58,194 nt of DNA, taken from a virus. Taxonomy: Duplodnaviria > Caudoviricetes. The stretch spans positions 1 through 58,194 of IMG/VR virus record IMGVR_UViG_3300020034_000015, one strand, 5' to 3'. The notes under the pieces are model-generated. The model did no database searches, was not told the origin of the DNA, and worked only from the letters and a program-made list of their open reading frames with translations. Positions within the stretch are counted from its first letter, which is position 1, and each line of letters starts with the position of its first letter. The translations under genes and the position numbers were made by a program. This document shows positions 24,226 to 33,700 of this stretch, one piece after another.

Positions 24226-24431
24226 GCGCCCGCACCCGTACCCCGGACCGCGTCGAGACCACCGAGGACGGCCGGAAGCGCACCGTCATCACGATGCAGC
24301 GCTGCTGCAACGGATGCGGTGAAGCCCTCGGCGACGTCACCGACTACGAGGTCAACCACGCCATCGCAGGGCTCCCGTTGCCCGACGTGCGCGGCGAGTG
24401 CCCGCGCTGCTCGACGGGCGGCACCTCGTGA
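24222..24431 (+). CDS. Small Zn-finger protein
   Basis: GGAGG RBS; CNGC...CPRC. Confidence 0.7.
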   Translation: MSARTRTPDRVETTEDGRKRTVITMQRCCNGCGEALGDVTDYEVNHAIAGLPLPDVRGECPRCSTGGTS

Positions 24432-24553
24432 CCGCCGTGTGGGTCGTGATCGCCGTGTTCGTCGCGGTCAACGCCATCGCCGTGATCGCCGGATACCGGC
24501 ACCAGACCGCCCGCCGCCGCCACACCAACCACAAGACCGGGGGACCCCGATGA
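24428..24553 (+). CDS. Tiny 1-TM protein (41 aa)
   Basis: Coupled at both ends; MTAVWVVIAVFVAVNAIAVIAGYRHQ... Confidence 0.5.
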   Translation: MTAVWVVIAVFVAVNAIAVIAGYRHQTARRRHTNHKTGGPR

Positions 24554-24909
24554 CCGGACCCGAGCACTACCTCGCCGCCGAAGAACTGCTTCTCACCGCC
24601 GACGCCTACGACCAGGACCACGCGCCGCAGACTGCCGCCGCCCGCCGCGCCACCGCGCAGGTGCACGCCACCCTCGCGCTCGCCGCCGCCACGGCCACGC
24701 AGGCGGACGTCTCTGCGACGGTCGCGGGCATCAGCCACACCGACGTGGACGCCTGGGACGACGCCATCTGCTCGGGCAGCGCCTACGACGGCATGACCAA
24801 CGCCGACGTCGTGGGTGCCGACGAGCTGCACGAGATGGATCAGGCCGCCGAGTTCGCCCACGACGCCGCCGACGACGAGCGCCGCGCCGAGGCCGGTGAG
24901 GGTCAGTGA
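24550..24909 (+). CDS. Hypothetical protein (MTGPEHY...AQVHATLALAAAT type)
   Basis: ATGA coupling; common actinophage motif. Confidence 0.7.
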   Translation: MTGPEHYLAAEELLLTADAYDQDHAPQTAAARRATAQVHATLALAAATATQADVSATVAGISHTDVDAWDDAICSGSAYDGMTNADVVGADELHEMDQAAEFAHDAADDERRAEAGEGQ

Positions 24910-25268
24910 GCCTCAACGCGATGCTCCGCATCTTCCCCGCCGCCGCCACCACCCGCCCGGCCCGGCTCCGCGCCGACCGCATCCGCCGCGACACCCTCAC
25001 CCAACTCGCCGCCGCACTCGCCGAGGACCACGACAGCAGCGTGCAGAACGCCCTCGACGAACTGATCGACGCCGTCGCCCACGACGCACCGGACGTGGAG
25101 ATCGACGCACTCGTGCAGGACCTCGAGGACGTGGCCGACATGGGCCGCCCCGTGATGGGCCTGTCCGATGCGGACGTGCGGCAGCTCGCCGACGAGGCCG
25201 CTGCGGCTGTCCGCCCCGTCGGCACGGTCACTGCGCTCCCGCAGCAGCAGGACCGGTGGTCGGCATGA
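24906..25268 (+). CDS. Hypothetical protein
   Basis: GTGA coupling; good codon usage. Confidence 0.65.
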   Translation: MSLNAMLRIFPAAATTRPARLRADRIRRDTLTQLAAALAEDHDSSVQNALDELIDAVAHDAPDVEIDALVQDLEDVADMGRPVMGLSDADVRQLADEAAAAVRPVGTVTALPQQQDRWSA

Positions 25269-25873
25269 CCGCCCGGCAGAGCTTGTACGGCTTCGGCATG
25301 AAGGGCAAGGCGCACTCGCCCGACACCTCCGAGCGCATGTCCGAGGAGATCGACGCCTACCGCGCCGAGGTGCTGGCCGAGGCCGCGGACGTCGCCGAGA
25401 TGGTCGGCAGTGGCTTCCTCGACAACGCCCACAGCGGCGAGGGCAACGGCGCCATGGCCATCGCGGCCGAACTGCGGTCCCGCGCCGATGTCCTCACCCC
25501 GGCCGTCCCCGCCGCCGGGCAGGACGACACCAGCACGGCCGAGCCCGACCCCACTCCGATCAGCGCCCGCTGGGACCGCCTCGTCATCCACCCCGACCCG
25601 GACAGCGACGACGACACCATCGTCTGCTGCCTCGCCGACGACGGCCGCCCCGTCGCCCTGTTTCTCGACGACGAGCTGCGCGAAGCGCTCGGGATGCTGC
25701 TGGTCGACCCGGACGGCGACGACGAGCCCACCGCGCAACCGGACGGCCACGAGCCGGACTGCACCTGCGACAGCGACGACAACACCCACGACCCCGGCTG
25801 CGACACCGCCGCTCGCTGGGCCGCCGACACCTACGCGGGCACGCGCGGCGAACCCGGGGACGTGACCACATGA
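25265..25873 (+). CDS. Hypothetical protein
   Basis: ATGA coupling; good codon usage. Confidence 0.65.
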   Translation: MTARQSLYGFGMKGKAHSPDTSERMSEEIDAYRAEVLAEAADVAEMVGSGFLDNAHSGEGNGAMAIAAELRSRADVLTPAVPAAGQDDTSTAEPDPTPISARWDRLVIHPDPDSDDDTIVCCLADDGRPVALFLDDELREALGMLLVDPDGDDEPTAQPDGHEPDCTCDSDDNTHDPGCDTAARWAADTYAGTRGEPGDVTT

Positions 25874-26754
25874 CCACCATCCGCCGACGCGCAGCCGCCG
25901 AGCCCACACCCACCGGCACCGACCGCATCCCCCAACCCTCCGCCGGCTGGTACCGCGACCCCGTCACCGGCGACAAACTCCGCCGCGTCACCACCATCCT
26001 CAGCCTCGGCTGCCCGAAACCCCAGCTCGTCTTCTGGTCCGCGAACCTCACCGCAGAAGACGCCCTCAACACCCTCCCTGCGCTCGTCCACGCATCCCTG
26101 CGACCCGAAACCCGCACCGAGGCATACGACTGGCTCCGCAAGGGCCACATCCGCAAGAAGGACGAACGCGCCGACATCGGCTCCGCCGTCCACCGGATCA
26201 TCGAAGCCCACGTCCTCGGCCAGCCGATGCCAGAAGACGACTTCAACAACCCCGACATGGCCCCCTACCTGGAGAACTTCCTCCGGTGCGTCGCCGACTG
26301 GCAGATCACCTTCGAAGCCTCCGAGATGGTCGTCGGCAACCGCACCGCCGGGTACGCCGGGACCCTCGACTACCTCCTGCGGTCCCCGCTGATCGCCCGG
26401 CTCTTCAAGATCCCGGCGGACACCGTGCTGATGGGCGACACCAAGACCGGCGGTGAGCTGGATGTCAAGGGCGTCTACTCCGAGGCCGGGTTGCAGATGT
26501 CCGCCTACCGCAAGGCCGAGGTGTGCTGGCTCCGCGACGGCTCGACCGTGCCCATGCCGGCCACGCATTCCACCGGGGTCGCGCTGCACCTGCGGCCGGA
26601 GGGCTACCGGCTCATTCCCGTCAAGTGCGGTGACGACGTGTTCGCCGCGTTCTTGAACGTCCAGCGGAACGCCGAGTGGATCTCCGGCCTGTCCAAAACC
26701 GTCGTCGGAGAGGCCCTCGTGCTGCCGACCGTTCCTGAGGAGAGGGCTGCCTGA
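25870..26754 (+). CDS. PD-(D/E)XK exonuclease (RecE/Cas4-like)
   Basis: RVTTIL, GSAVH, SE...YAGTLD...GDTKTG and LQMSAY motifs. Confidence 0.85.
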   Translation: MTTIRRRAAAEPTPTGTDRIPQPSAGWYRDPVTGDKLRRVTTILSLGCPKPQLVFWSANLTAEDALNTLPALVHASLRPETRTEAYDWLRKGHIRKKDERADIGSAVHRIIEAHVLGQPMPEDDFNNPDMAPYLENFLRCVADWQITFEASEMVVGNRTAGYAGTLDYLLRSPLIARLFKIPADTVLMGDTKTGGELDVKGVYSEAGLQMSAYRKAEVCWLRDGSTVPMPATHSTGVALHLRPEGYRLIPVKCGDDVFAAFLNVQRNAEWISGLSKTVVGEALVLPTVPEERAA

Positions 26755-27911
26755 TGCCCATCATCGACCTCCAGATGCGTATGCGGCAGCTCGGCGAGAT
26801 CCGCATCGGCCGCGTCGTCGACACCGGCCGCATCTCGAAGAAGACGAACAAGCCGATCCTTCGCCCGGAGAAGCTCAAGGCGTTCCGTTTCACCAGTCCG
26901 AGCCGCGAGATCCTCGGCCAGGTCGCCACTCTGTACGGCGGCGAGGTCCAGCCCTGGACTCCCGCCAACGGCGGACCGTCCGAGTTCGAGGTGTACAGCG
27001 AGGCGACACGCCTGCCCGTCCTCATCCCCCCGCGCGATGCCGTGTCCCAGTGGTACGAGCTGTACGCCGGATCGAAGTGCCAGCGCCGATGCGACGGCCA
27101 GACCGAGCACAAGTCCGACCGGCCCTGCATGTGCAACCCCGAGGACCGGCAGTGCTCCATCACCACCCGCGTCAACGTCATGCTCCGCGACGTCGCCGCC
27201 CTCGGCCAGTGGCTCCTCATCAGCAAGGGCTACTACGCCGCCGTGGAACTCCCGCCGGCCGCTGAGCTGCTGGCTCAGGTCGGTGGCTACGTGCAGGGCT
27301 GGCTCGGCATGGAGGAGAAGTCCGTCGTCCGCGACGAGGGACCCACGCGGTTCATGGTCCCGACGCTGGACGTGGAGATCACCCCGACCCAGCTGATGGC
27401 CGGGCAGATCACCGGTGGCCCGGCGGTCACCGCTGGCCCGGAGCGGGTTGCGATCACCGCGGCGCCTTCGGCCGCCCCGGCGGGGCCACCGCGGGACTTC
27501 CTCGCCGACGCGCAGAAGGCCGTGACGCAGGCCGACGTCCTGGTCATCTTCCAGGCCGCGAAGGACGCGGGGGCTCCCCTGGACTACCAGGAGAAGCTGA
27601 AGGCCATCGGGCAGAGCAAGCCCGAGCCCGCCCCGGCAGCGGAGCCGAACACCGCCTGGCAGTCCGCGGCGGCGGACACGATGACCGACGCCCCGCACAG
27701 CGACGACATCGCGGACGCGGAGATCGTCGACGACGCCGACATCCACGAGATCTGGTTCCAGATCATCGCCGCCGCAGGCACCCGCGGATGGACCACCCCG
27801 CAGACCGAGGCGAAGTTCGCGGAGCGCAACAGCGGGCTGATGCCGGGCACGGCGCCAGCCGCCCGCCTGTCGGAGTTCCTCGCTGCGGTCAAGGCCGGTG
27901 AGGTCGCATGA
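26754..27911 (+). CDS. Gp3-like recombination protein (possible single-strand annealing partner)
   Basis: MPIIDLQ...LGEIRIG...FRFTS...LYGGEVQPW...RRCDG...PCMC...C pattern; TGATG-coupled to the exonuclease. Confidence 0.65.
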   Translation: MPIIDLQMRMRQLGEIRIGRVVDTGRISKKTNKPILRPEKLKAFRFTSPSREILGQVATLYGGEVQPWTPANGGPSEFEVYSEATRLPVLIPPRDAVSQWYELYAGSKCQRRCDGQTEHKSDRPCMCNPEDRQCSITTRVNVMLRDVAALGQWLLISKGYYAAVELPPAAELLAQVGGYVQGWLGMEEKSVVRDEGPTRFMVPTLDVEITPTQLMAGQITGGPAVTAGPERVAITAAPSAAPAGPPRDFLADAQKAVTQADVLVIFQAAKDAGAPLDYQEKLKAIGQSKPEPAPAAEPNTAWQSAAADTMTDAPHSDDIADAEIVDDADIHEIWFQIIAAAGTRGWTTPQTEAKFAERNSGLMPGTAPAARLSEFLAAVKAGEVA

Positions 27912-28636
27912 GCTGGTACACCGACCGCCTCTGCGGATTCGACCTCGAAAGTACCGGCGTCGACACCGACACAGCCCGCATCGTCACCGCCTGCATCGTC
28001 CAATGCGGAGGCGGCGTGAACACCCAGTCCGCCTCCTGGCTATCCAACGTTGACGGCGAACCCATCCCCGACGAAGCCGCCCGCATCCACGGCGTAACCA
28101 CCGAACGCGCCCAAGCCGAAGGCGTCGACCTCCGCGAAGTCGTCGACGAGTTGCTCGCCGGCCTCGCACAGGTCGCCCTCTCCGGTATCCCCATCGTCGC
28201 GATGAACGCCCGCTACGACTTCACACTCCTGGACCGCGAGGCCCGCAGGTACGGCATGACGCCGTTGCAGGAGCGCCTCGGTGACGTGTACGTCATCGAC
28301 CCGTTCGTGATCGACAAGCAGATGTCGCGGCGCCGCGGGTCCCGGAAGCTCGTGGACCTGTGCGGGCACTACCAGGTGCCGATCGGGGAGGCGCACACCT
28401 CCGACGCGGACGCGATCGCGGCGTGCCGGGTGGCGTGGCGGCAGGGGCAGCGGTATCCGCAGTTGCAGCCGCTGAGTGTGCAGGAGTTGCACGTCCGGCA
28501 GATCGGGTGGGCGAAGGAGCAGGCGGACAGTCTGCGCGCGTACTTCGCCCGTACGCCCGGCAAGGAGTCGTGGGCTCCTGGGGTGCGCGGCGAGTGGCCG
28601 CTCATCCCGTTCACCGCCGGGGGGGTGGCGGTCTGA
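27908..28636 (+). CDS. DnaQ-like 3'-5' exonuclease (DEDDh)
   Basis: FDLESTG, IHGVT, NARYD and AHTSDADA motifs. Confidence 0.9.
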   Translation: MSWYTDRLCGFDLESTGVDTDTARIVTACIVQCGGGVNTQSASWLSNVDGEPIPDEAARIHGVTTERAQAEGVDLREVVDELLAGLAQVALSGIPIVAMNARYDFTLLDREARRYGMTPLQERLGDVYVIDPFVIDKQMSRRRGSRKLVDLCGHYQVPIGEAHTSDADAIAACRVAWRQGQRYPQLQPLSVQELHVRQIGWAKEQADSLRAYFARTPGKESWAPGVRGEWPLIPFTAGGVAV

Positions 28637-29007
28637 TGCCTACCAAGCGGTATTTGGCCCGGCAACTCGCCGACGCACAGCAGCGCAACCGCGAACTCGT
28701 AGACCAGCGCGAAGAGGCCCTCGGCGACGCAGGCAGCGAGCACTTCAACACCACACGCCTCGCCAAGCAGCTCAACGAAGCGCGGGATGAGGCCGACGAC
28801 CTCCGCCGCGAACTGGCGGCCCGCCCGCCAGCCCCGAGCAACGTCCGCAGTGATCAGGCCCGGCTGCGCCAGCGGTTCGCCCTGTCGGAGCGGGCCCGCA
28901 GGCAACTCGTGGACCAGATCGAGGAGTTGCGGCGCTGCAACGACGACCTGTCGCGGCAGGCCGTGGACCGTGCGGGGAACCTCGCCGTGCCGGAGGTGAC
29001 CGGGTGA
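28636..29007 (+). CDS. Coiled-coil hypothetical protein
   Basis: TGATG coupling. Confidence 0.65.
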   Translation: MPTKRYLARQLADAQQRNRELVDQREEALGDAGSEHFNTTRLAKQLNEARDEADDLRRELAARPPAPSNVRSDQARLRQRFALSERARRQLVDQIEELRRCNDDLSRQAVDRAGNLAVPEVTG

Positions 29008-29267
29008 TGTTCACCGTCAGCACCGCGACCGCGTTCACGCTCGCCGCGATCCTCGGCCCCGGCGGCGCGGCCCTCGCGGTCGCATCCCGGTACTGGCCGT
29101 GGTGGCGCCACCGCCCGGCCCACACCCCGGCGCTCGGCCTGTCCGAGATGCCCGTGGGCTGGCGGTACTGCCCCGACGATCTCCGTCAGCGCGCCGCAGT
29201 GCTTCACACCGATGGTTCCGCCCGGTGCCTGGACTGCGGCACCCACATCCCAGCAGGTGACCTGTGA
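29007..29267 (+). CDS. Small TM plus Zn-ribbon protein
   Basis: Hydrophobic N-terminus; C...CLDC. Confidence 0.6.
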   Translation: MFTVSTATAFTLAAILGPGGAALAVASRYWPWWRHRPAHTPALGLSEMPVGWRYCPDDLRQRAAVLHTDGSARCLDCGTHIPAGDL

Positions 29268-29890
29268 CCGCCCCGACGTTGTTCACCCCCCAGCCCCCGG
29301 CCGCCACCTCCCCGGCGGCCGGGCCCCGACCCCTCGTCATCGGCCTCGACGTCGCCATCGGCACCACCGGCATCGCAGGCGAAGGCTGGACCGACCACAT
29401 CCACGCCACCGCCACCAGCCTCCACGGCCGCCTCCAGCAACAGCTCGACGGCATCACCACCTTCATCCGCCACGCCGACCACGTCGTCATCGAAGGCGCC
29501 GCGTTCTCCCGCTCCCATCTCCAGGGCATGGACCAGCTCTCCGCGATGCGGTGGATGGTCCGCCAGGAACTGTGGAAGCGCGGCATCCCCTACGCCGTCG
29601 TCCCCCCGGACAACCGCACCATCTACGCCACCGGCAAGGCCCGGTGGAAGGACGACGCGGGCAAGAAGCTGACCCCGGCGCAGGTCAAGGGCATGGTTCG
29701 CGACAACGTCAGCGCCCGGTACGGGGTGCAGATCGAAGGCCGCTGGCGGTACGACGAAGCGGACGCGTACACGCTCCTCGCGATGGGCTACGACCGGCTC
29801 GGGTGCCCGCTCGCGGAGGTGCCGGCGACGCACTCCCGGTCGCTGGACGGCTGCGACTGGTCCGACTTCCACCGGGCGGTGGCCCGGTGA
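29264..29890 (+). CDS. RuvC-like Holliday junction resolvase
   Basis: VIGLDVAIGTTGIA, VVIEG, YATGK and DEADA motifs. Confidence 0.85.
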   Translation: MTAPTLFTPQPPAATSPAAGPRPLVIGLDVAIGTTGIAGEGWTDHIHATATSLHGRLQQQLDGITTFIRHADHVVIEGAAFSRSHLQGMDQLSAMRWMVRQELWKRGIPYAVVPPDNRTIYATGKARWKDDAGKKLTPAQVKGMVRDNVSARYGVQIEGRWRYDEADAYTLLAMGYDRLGCPLAEVPATHSRSLDGCDWSDFHRAVAR

Positions 29891-30186
29891 GGCGCGCCCC
29901 GGACACCCTCGAACCCGCCACCAGCTGGCGCGACCAAGCCGAATGCGCCAACGACTACCCCGCCGACTGGTGGTACCCCATCGGCACCAACTTCACCGCC
30001 AAAGCCGACACCGCGCGCGCCACCACCATCTGCCAGCGCTGCCCCGTCGCCGTCGACTGCCTCGAACACGCCCTCACCACCCCCGAACCCTTCGGCATCT
30101 GGGGCGGACTCACCGAAGACCAGCGCGCCGAGGCCATCCACCAGCGGCGCCTCGCCCGCCGGGCCGCAACCAGGGCCGCCGCGTGA
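29887..30186 (+). CDS. whiB: WhiB-family Fe-S transcription factor
   Basis: WRDQAEC...ICQRCPVAVDCLEHAL...GIWGGLTEDQR. Confidence 0.9.
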   Translation: MRRAPDTLEPATSWRDQAECANDYPADWWYPIGTNFTAKADTARATTICQRCPVAVDCLEHALTTPEPFGIWGGLTEDQRAEAIHQRRLARRAATRAAA

Positions 30187-30407
30187 ACGCCCCGCTGATC
30201 GTCACCGCGACGCTCCGCACCGAATGCGGCGAACACCGCCGTGGTCGGTGGATCCGCCAGCCCACCGCCACCTACCAGTGCAACCGGTGCCTCTACCGGG
30301 AGACCGTCCGCGGCGCCGAACGAGTCCGCGCCTTCAACTCCCACATCCGCAACACCCACGACCAAGCCTGCCCATCAGCAGCCAACCCAAGGAGCCACAC
30401 CGCATGA
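30183..30407 (+). CDS. Small Zn-finger protein
   Basis: GTGA coupling; CNRC...H...C. Confidence 0.6.
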   Translation: MNAPLIVTATLRTECGEHRRGRWIRQPTATYQCNRCLYRETVRGAERVRAFNSHIRNTHDQACPSAANPRSHTA

Positions 30408-30772
30408 CCGACACCACCGAACAGCGGACCGGCGAAATCGTCGACCTCCCCACCTGGCTCGCCGGACACCTCGCCGGACGCACCGCCGAAGAGATCAGCG
30501 CCGAATTCCACGGCCTCCTCGACGCCGTCCGCGAACACGGCAAGAAGGGCTCCATGACGATCACGTTCGTCGTCGAACCCCCCGCCAACGGCGTCGAGTC
30601 CGCACCGCTCCCGATCGGTGTGGAGTCCGCCGTGAAGCCCCCGAAGGCCACCGCCCCCAAGGCCCTCTACTTCCTCGACGGCGACGGCAACCCCGTGCGC
30701 GACGACCCCCGCCAGATGGCCATCCCCTTCCAGACCGCCCCGACCAACAAGACCTTCAAGGACGCCAACTGA
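30404..30772 (+). CDS. YfdP-like partner of the DUF2303 protein
   Basis: AVREHGKKGSMTITF...FLDGDGNPVRDDPRQ; AAGGAG RBS. Confidence 0.7.
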   Translation: MTDTTEQRTGEIVDLPTWLAGHLAGRTAEEISAEFHGLLDAVREHGKKGSMTITFVVEPPANGVESAPLPIGVESAVKPPKATAPKALYFLDGDGNPVRDDPRQMAIPFQTAPTNKTFKDAN

Positions 30773-31581
30773 TGAGCACCCCCACCGACCTCCAGGCCGT
30801 CATCGACACGGCCGTACGCACCGTCGCCCCCGCCGAACTGACACCGGGCAAGGTCTACGCCTTCCACACGCCCAACGGCGTCGAGCAGGTCGACCTCACC
30901 GGCCCCGAATACCGCGACCTGCCCGCCCGCAAGACCGGCACCACGGTCGTGCGTGACGCGTTCTCCTTCGACGCCTACTGGGCCAAGCACTCCACCGACA
31001 ACAGCGAGATCTACGCCGACGCCGACCGGCTGTCCGTCACCGCCGTCCTCGACGCCAGCAGCGAGACCACCGCCAACTGGGGAGGCCACCGCCTGCACCT
31101 CCAGCTCCGTGAGACCGATGCCTGGAAGGCGTGGGCCGCCAACGACGGGAAGCTCCTGGACCAGGAGACCTTCGCGAACTTCATTGAGGACCGTCTCCCC
31201 GAGATCCTGGAGCCGGCCGCCGCGGACATGCTGGAGATCGCCCAGTCCATCTCCGGGACCGTCAAGGCCGAGTTCGCCTCCGGCACCCGCCTTGCGACCG
31301 GCGCACGGCAGCTCCAGTACACCGAGACCGTCACCGCGAAGGCCGGGCAGAAGGGCACCCTGACGATCCCGGAGACCTTCGTCGTCGGCCTCGTGCCGTT
31401 CGACGGCTCCGAGGGCTACAAGGTCACCGCCCGCCTCCGCTACAAGATCGAGGGCTCCAGCCTGCGGATCGGCTACAAGCTCCAGCAGCCGGCCGACACC
31501 CGCCGCACGGCGTTCGCGGACGTCCTCACCAAGATCTCCGAGCAGATCGAGACGCCGATCCTCAACGGCACCCCCGCCTGA
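30772..31581 (+). CDS. DUF2303 (YfdQ-like) protein
   Basis: VTAVLD...WGGHR...WKAW...QETFANFIED...IPETF...PFDG...ARLRY. Confidence 0.8.
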   Translation: MSTPTDLQAVIDTAVRTVAPAELTPGKVYAFHTPNGVEQVDLTGPEYRDLPARKTGTTVVRDAFSFDAYWAKHSTDNSEIYADADRLSVTAVLDASSETTANWGGHRLHLQLRETDAWKAWAANDGKLLDQETFANFIEDRLPEILEPAAADMLEIAQSISGTVKAEFASGTRLATGARQLQYTETVTAKAGQKGTLTIPETFVVGLVPFDGSEGYKVTARLRYKIEGSSLRIGYKLQQPADTRRTAFADVLTKISEQIETPILNGTPA

Positions 31582-31901
31582 TGGCCGCGCGCAGGACGGG
31601 CACCAACCCGCTCACCACCCACCGCTGCCCGTCCTGCCGCGCCCCCGTCCTCCGCCAAGTCGTCGAAGTCCTCGCCGTCACCGCCGACGCCACACCCCGA
31701 CCCCCAGGCCACAACCCCTTCGACGACCCCAACCACCTCACCTGGTGCAACCCGCCCACCAAATACGGGCCCCCGCGCCTCCGCTGGATCTACCGCTCCA
31801 CACACCCACCCAACTGCCCACACCCACACCACAAAGACCACCAATGCACCGGCCGACACCCGCCCGCCGACACCACCGAACAGACCGACCGCCTGTTCTG
31901 A
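31581..31901 (+). CDS. Cys/His-rich hypothetical protein
   Basis: TGATG coupling; CPSC...HQC. Confidence 0.6.
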   Translation: MAARRTGTNPLTTHRCPSCRAPVLRQVVEVLAVTADATPRPPGHNPFDDPNHLTWCNPPTKYGPPRLRWIYRSTHPPNCPHPHHKDHQCTGRHPPADTTEQTDRLF

Positions 31902-31918
31902 GCACCGAGGAGACCCGC

Positions 31919-33700
31919 GTGGACTCGAACGTCATCCCACACCCCAGCACCAACCACGGGGACGATGACGCCCACGCCTACCCCGTCCCCGCCGACATCG
32001 AAGCTGAACAGCTCGTCCTCGGCGCCGTCATGCACTACCCCCAGGCCCACGCCGACGCCGCCCTCATCCTCGACCGCACCGACTTCCTCCGCGAAGCCCA
32101 CCGCCTCATCTGGGACACCGTCACCCACCTCATCGAAACCGGCGCCGGCGTCCACCCCGTCGCCGTCCGCGCCCACATCGAAAAGATCAAGCAGCTCCGG
32201 CAAGTCGACGGCGGGATCCTCATCCAGCGCCTCGGCGCCGACACCATCACCCCCGGCATGGTCGGCCACTTCGCACAGATCGTCGCCGACCGCGCCCACG
32301 AACGCCGCTACGACGAACACGCCTCCGAACTCAAAGGGGCCATCGCCCGGCAGGCGTCCGCCGACGAACTCGAAAAGATCGTCGCCCAGTTCCAGCAACG
32401 CGAAACGCTCCGCGCCAACACCGGCCACGGCCCCGCCCACCTCGTCAGCAGCATCCTCGACTGGGACGTGTTCTTCGCCACCGACTTCGGGAACATCGCG
32501 ATGCTCCCCGGCCGGCTCATGGCCCCCGGCCAGCAGATCACCATCGTCGGCGACGGCAAGGCCGGCAAGTCCCTGTTCTGCCAGGAGTGGATGTGGCGCA
32601 TGGCCACCGGCCGCCCCTTCCTCGACGACGCCCCCGGCGTACCGGTGCGGATCCTCTACCTCGACGCGGAGAACGGGCAGGAGCAGGTCCAGGAGCGCTT
32701 CTACTCCTTCGGTGCCGGCCCCGGCCGCATGGGCGACCTTCGCTACGCGAGCTTCCCGCCCCTGCGCCCGCTGGACACTGCGGGCGGCGGCGCGGACCTC
32801 ATGGCCCTCATTAAGGCCACCGGCGCCGAACTCGTCGTCATCGACACCGTGTCGCGGTTCATCTCCGGCCCCGAGAACGACGCCGACACCTGGCTGAACC
32901 TCTACCGCCACACCCTGCTGGCCATGAAGCGCGACCGGGTCGCCTCCGTGCGCCTGGACCACTTCGGGAAGGACGGCGAGCGCGGTGCCCGCGGCAGTTC
33001 CGCGAAGAACCAGGACGTCGACCACGTCTGGACCCTGTCCTCGCAGGGCGGCGGCATCCTCTCGCTTCGCCGTACCCACACCCGCACCGGCATCGGCCCC
33101 GACGAATTCACCGTCCGCCGCGACGCCCGGCGCGACGGCGACAACTGGGTACCCGGCGCGACCAAGCACGTCGTCATGACGTACGAGCACGTCGAGCAGA
33201 ACCTGCCCGGCTCCGTCGAGTGGCTGATCATGCAGCTCGACGGTGCGAACGTCCCGCTGGACGCCGGCAACCGAGTCGTCCGCGCGGCCCTCGCGACGCT
33301 GAAGATTTCCGCCGGGAACAACAAGATCGCGGAGGCTGTTGCGGCCCGCAAAGCCCGAACCGGAATGACCTCCTCCAACGTTTCCGCAGACGTTTCCGCA
33401 GACCGTTCCGAGGGACGTTTCCCGGAAACGTTTCCCGGAACGGACCCCGGAACAGGCGAAACCGCAGGTCAGACGTTTCCCGGAACGCCTCCGGAAACGT
33501 CCGGAACACCCCCCGTTCCGTACCCCTCCCCCTCTCGGAGAGAGGGGGTAGGGGAACACCCGGAACACGCAGGGTCGGAAAGTCCCCTCTGCACCATTTG
33601 CGGGCAGTCCCTCCATGGCTACCGGTCCGACCGCGGATACGACACCTGCCTCTCCTGCGACCCCACCACCGGCAGCCACCCCAACACCGGAGCCGAGTGA
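31919..33700 (+). CDS. Replication protein: DnaB-like N-domain plus RecA-family (AAA_25) helicase
   Basis: DIEAEQLVLGA...DFLREAHRLIW; Walker A GDGKAGKS; YLDAEN; VVIDT; RGSSA; GAGGAG RBS. Confidence 0.85.
   Translation: MDSNVIPHPSTNHGDDDAHAYPVPADIEAEQLVLGAVMHYPQAHADAALILDRTDFLREAHRLIWDTVTHLIETGAGVHPVAVRAHIEKIKQLRQVDGGILIQRLGADTITPGMVGHFAQIVADRAHERRYDEHASELKGAIARQASADELEKIVAQFQQRETLRANTGHGPAHLVSSILDWDVFFATDFGNIAMLPGRLMAPGQQITIVGDGKAGKSLFCQEWMWRMATGRPFLDDAPGVPVRILYLDAENGQEQVQERFYSFGAGPGRMGDLRYASFPPLRPLDTAGGGADLMALIKATGAELVVIDTVSRFISGPENDADTWLNLYRHTLLAMKRDRVASVRLDHFGKDGERGARGSSAKNQDVDHVWTLSSQGGGILSLRRTHTRTGIGPDEFTVRRDARRDGDNWVPGATKHVVMTYEHVEQNLPGSVEWLIMQLDGANVPLDAGNRVVRAALATLKISAGNNKIAEAVAARKARTGMTSSNVSADVSADRSEGRFPETFPGTDPGTGETAGQTFPGTPPETSGTPPVPYPSPSRREGVGEHPEHAGSESPLCTICGQSLHGYRSDRGYDTCLSCDPTTGSHPNTGAE
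33378..33570. repeat. Iteron-like array, putative replication origin inside the helicase gene
   Basis: ACGTTTCC at 33378, 33390, 33415, 33428 and 33473, plus several CCGGAA(A)C copies. Confidence 0.75.

Noticed and set aside
25870-26754. Cas4 as evidence of a CRISPR system
   Set aside because: No Fe-S cysteine cluster and no cas genes or array; the context is phage recombination.
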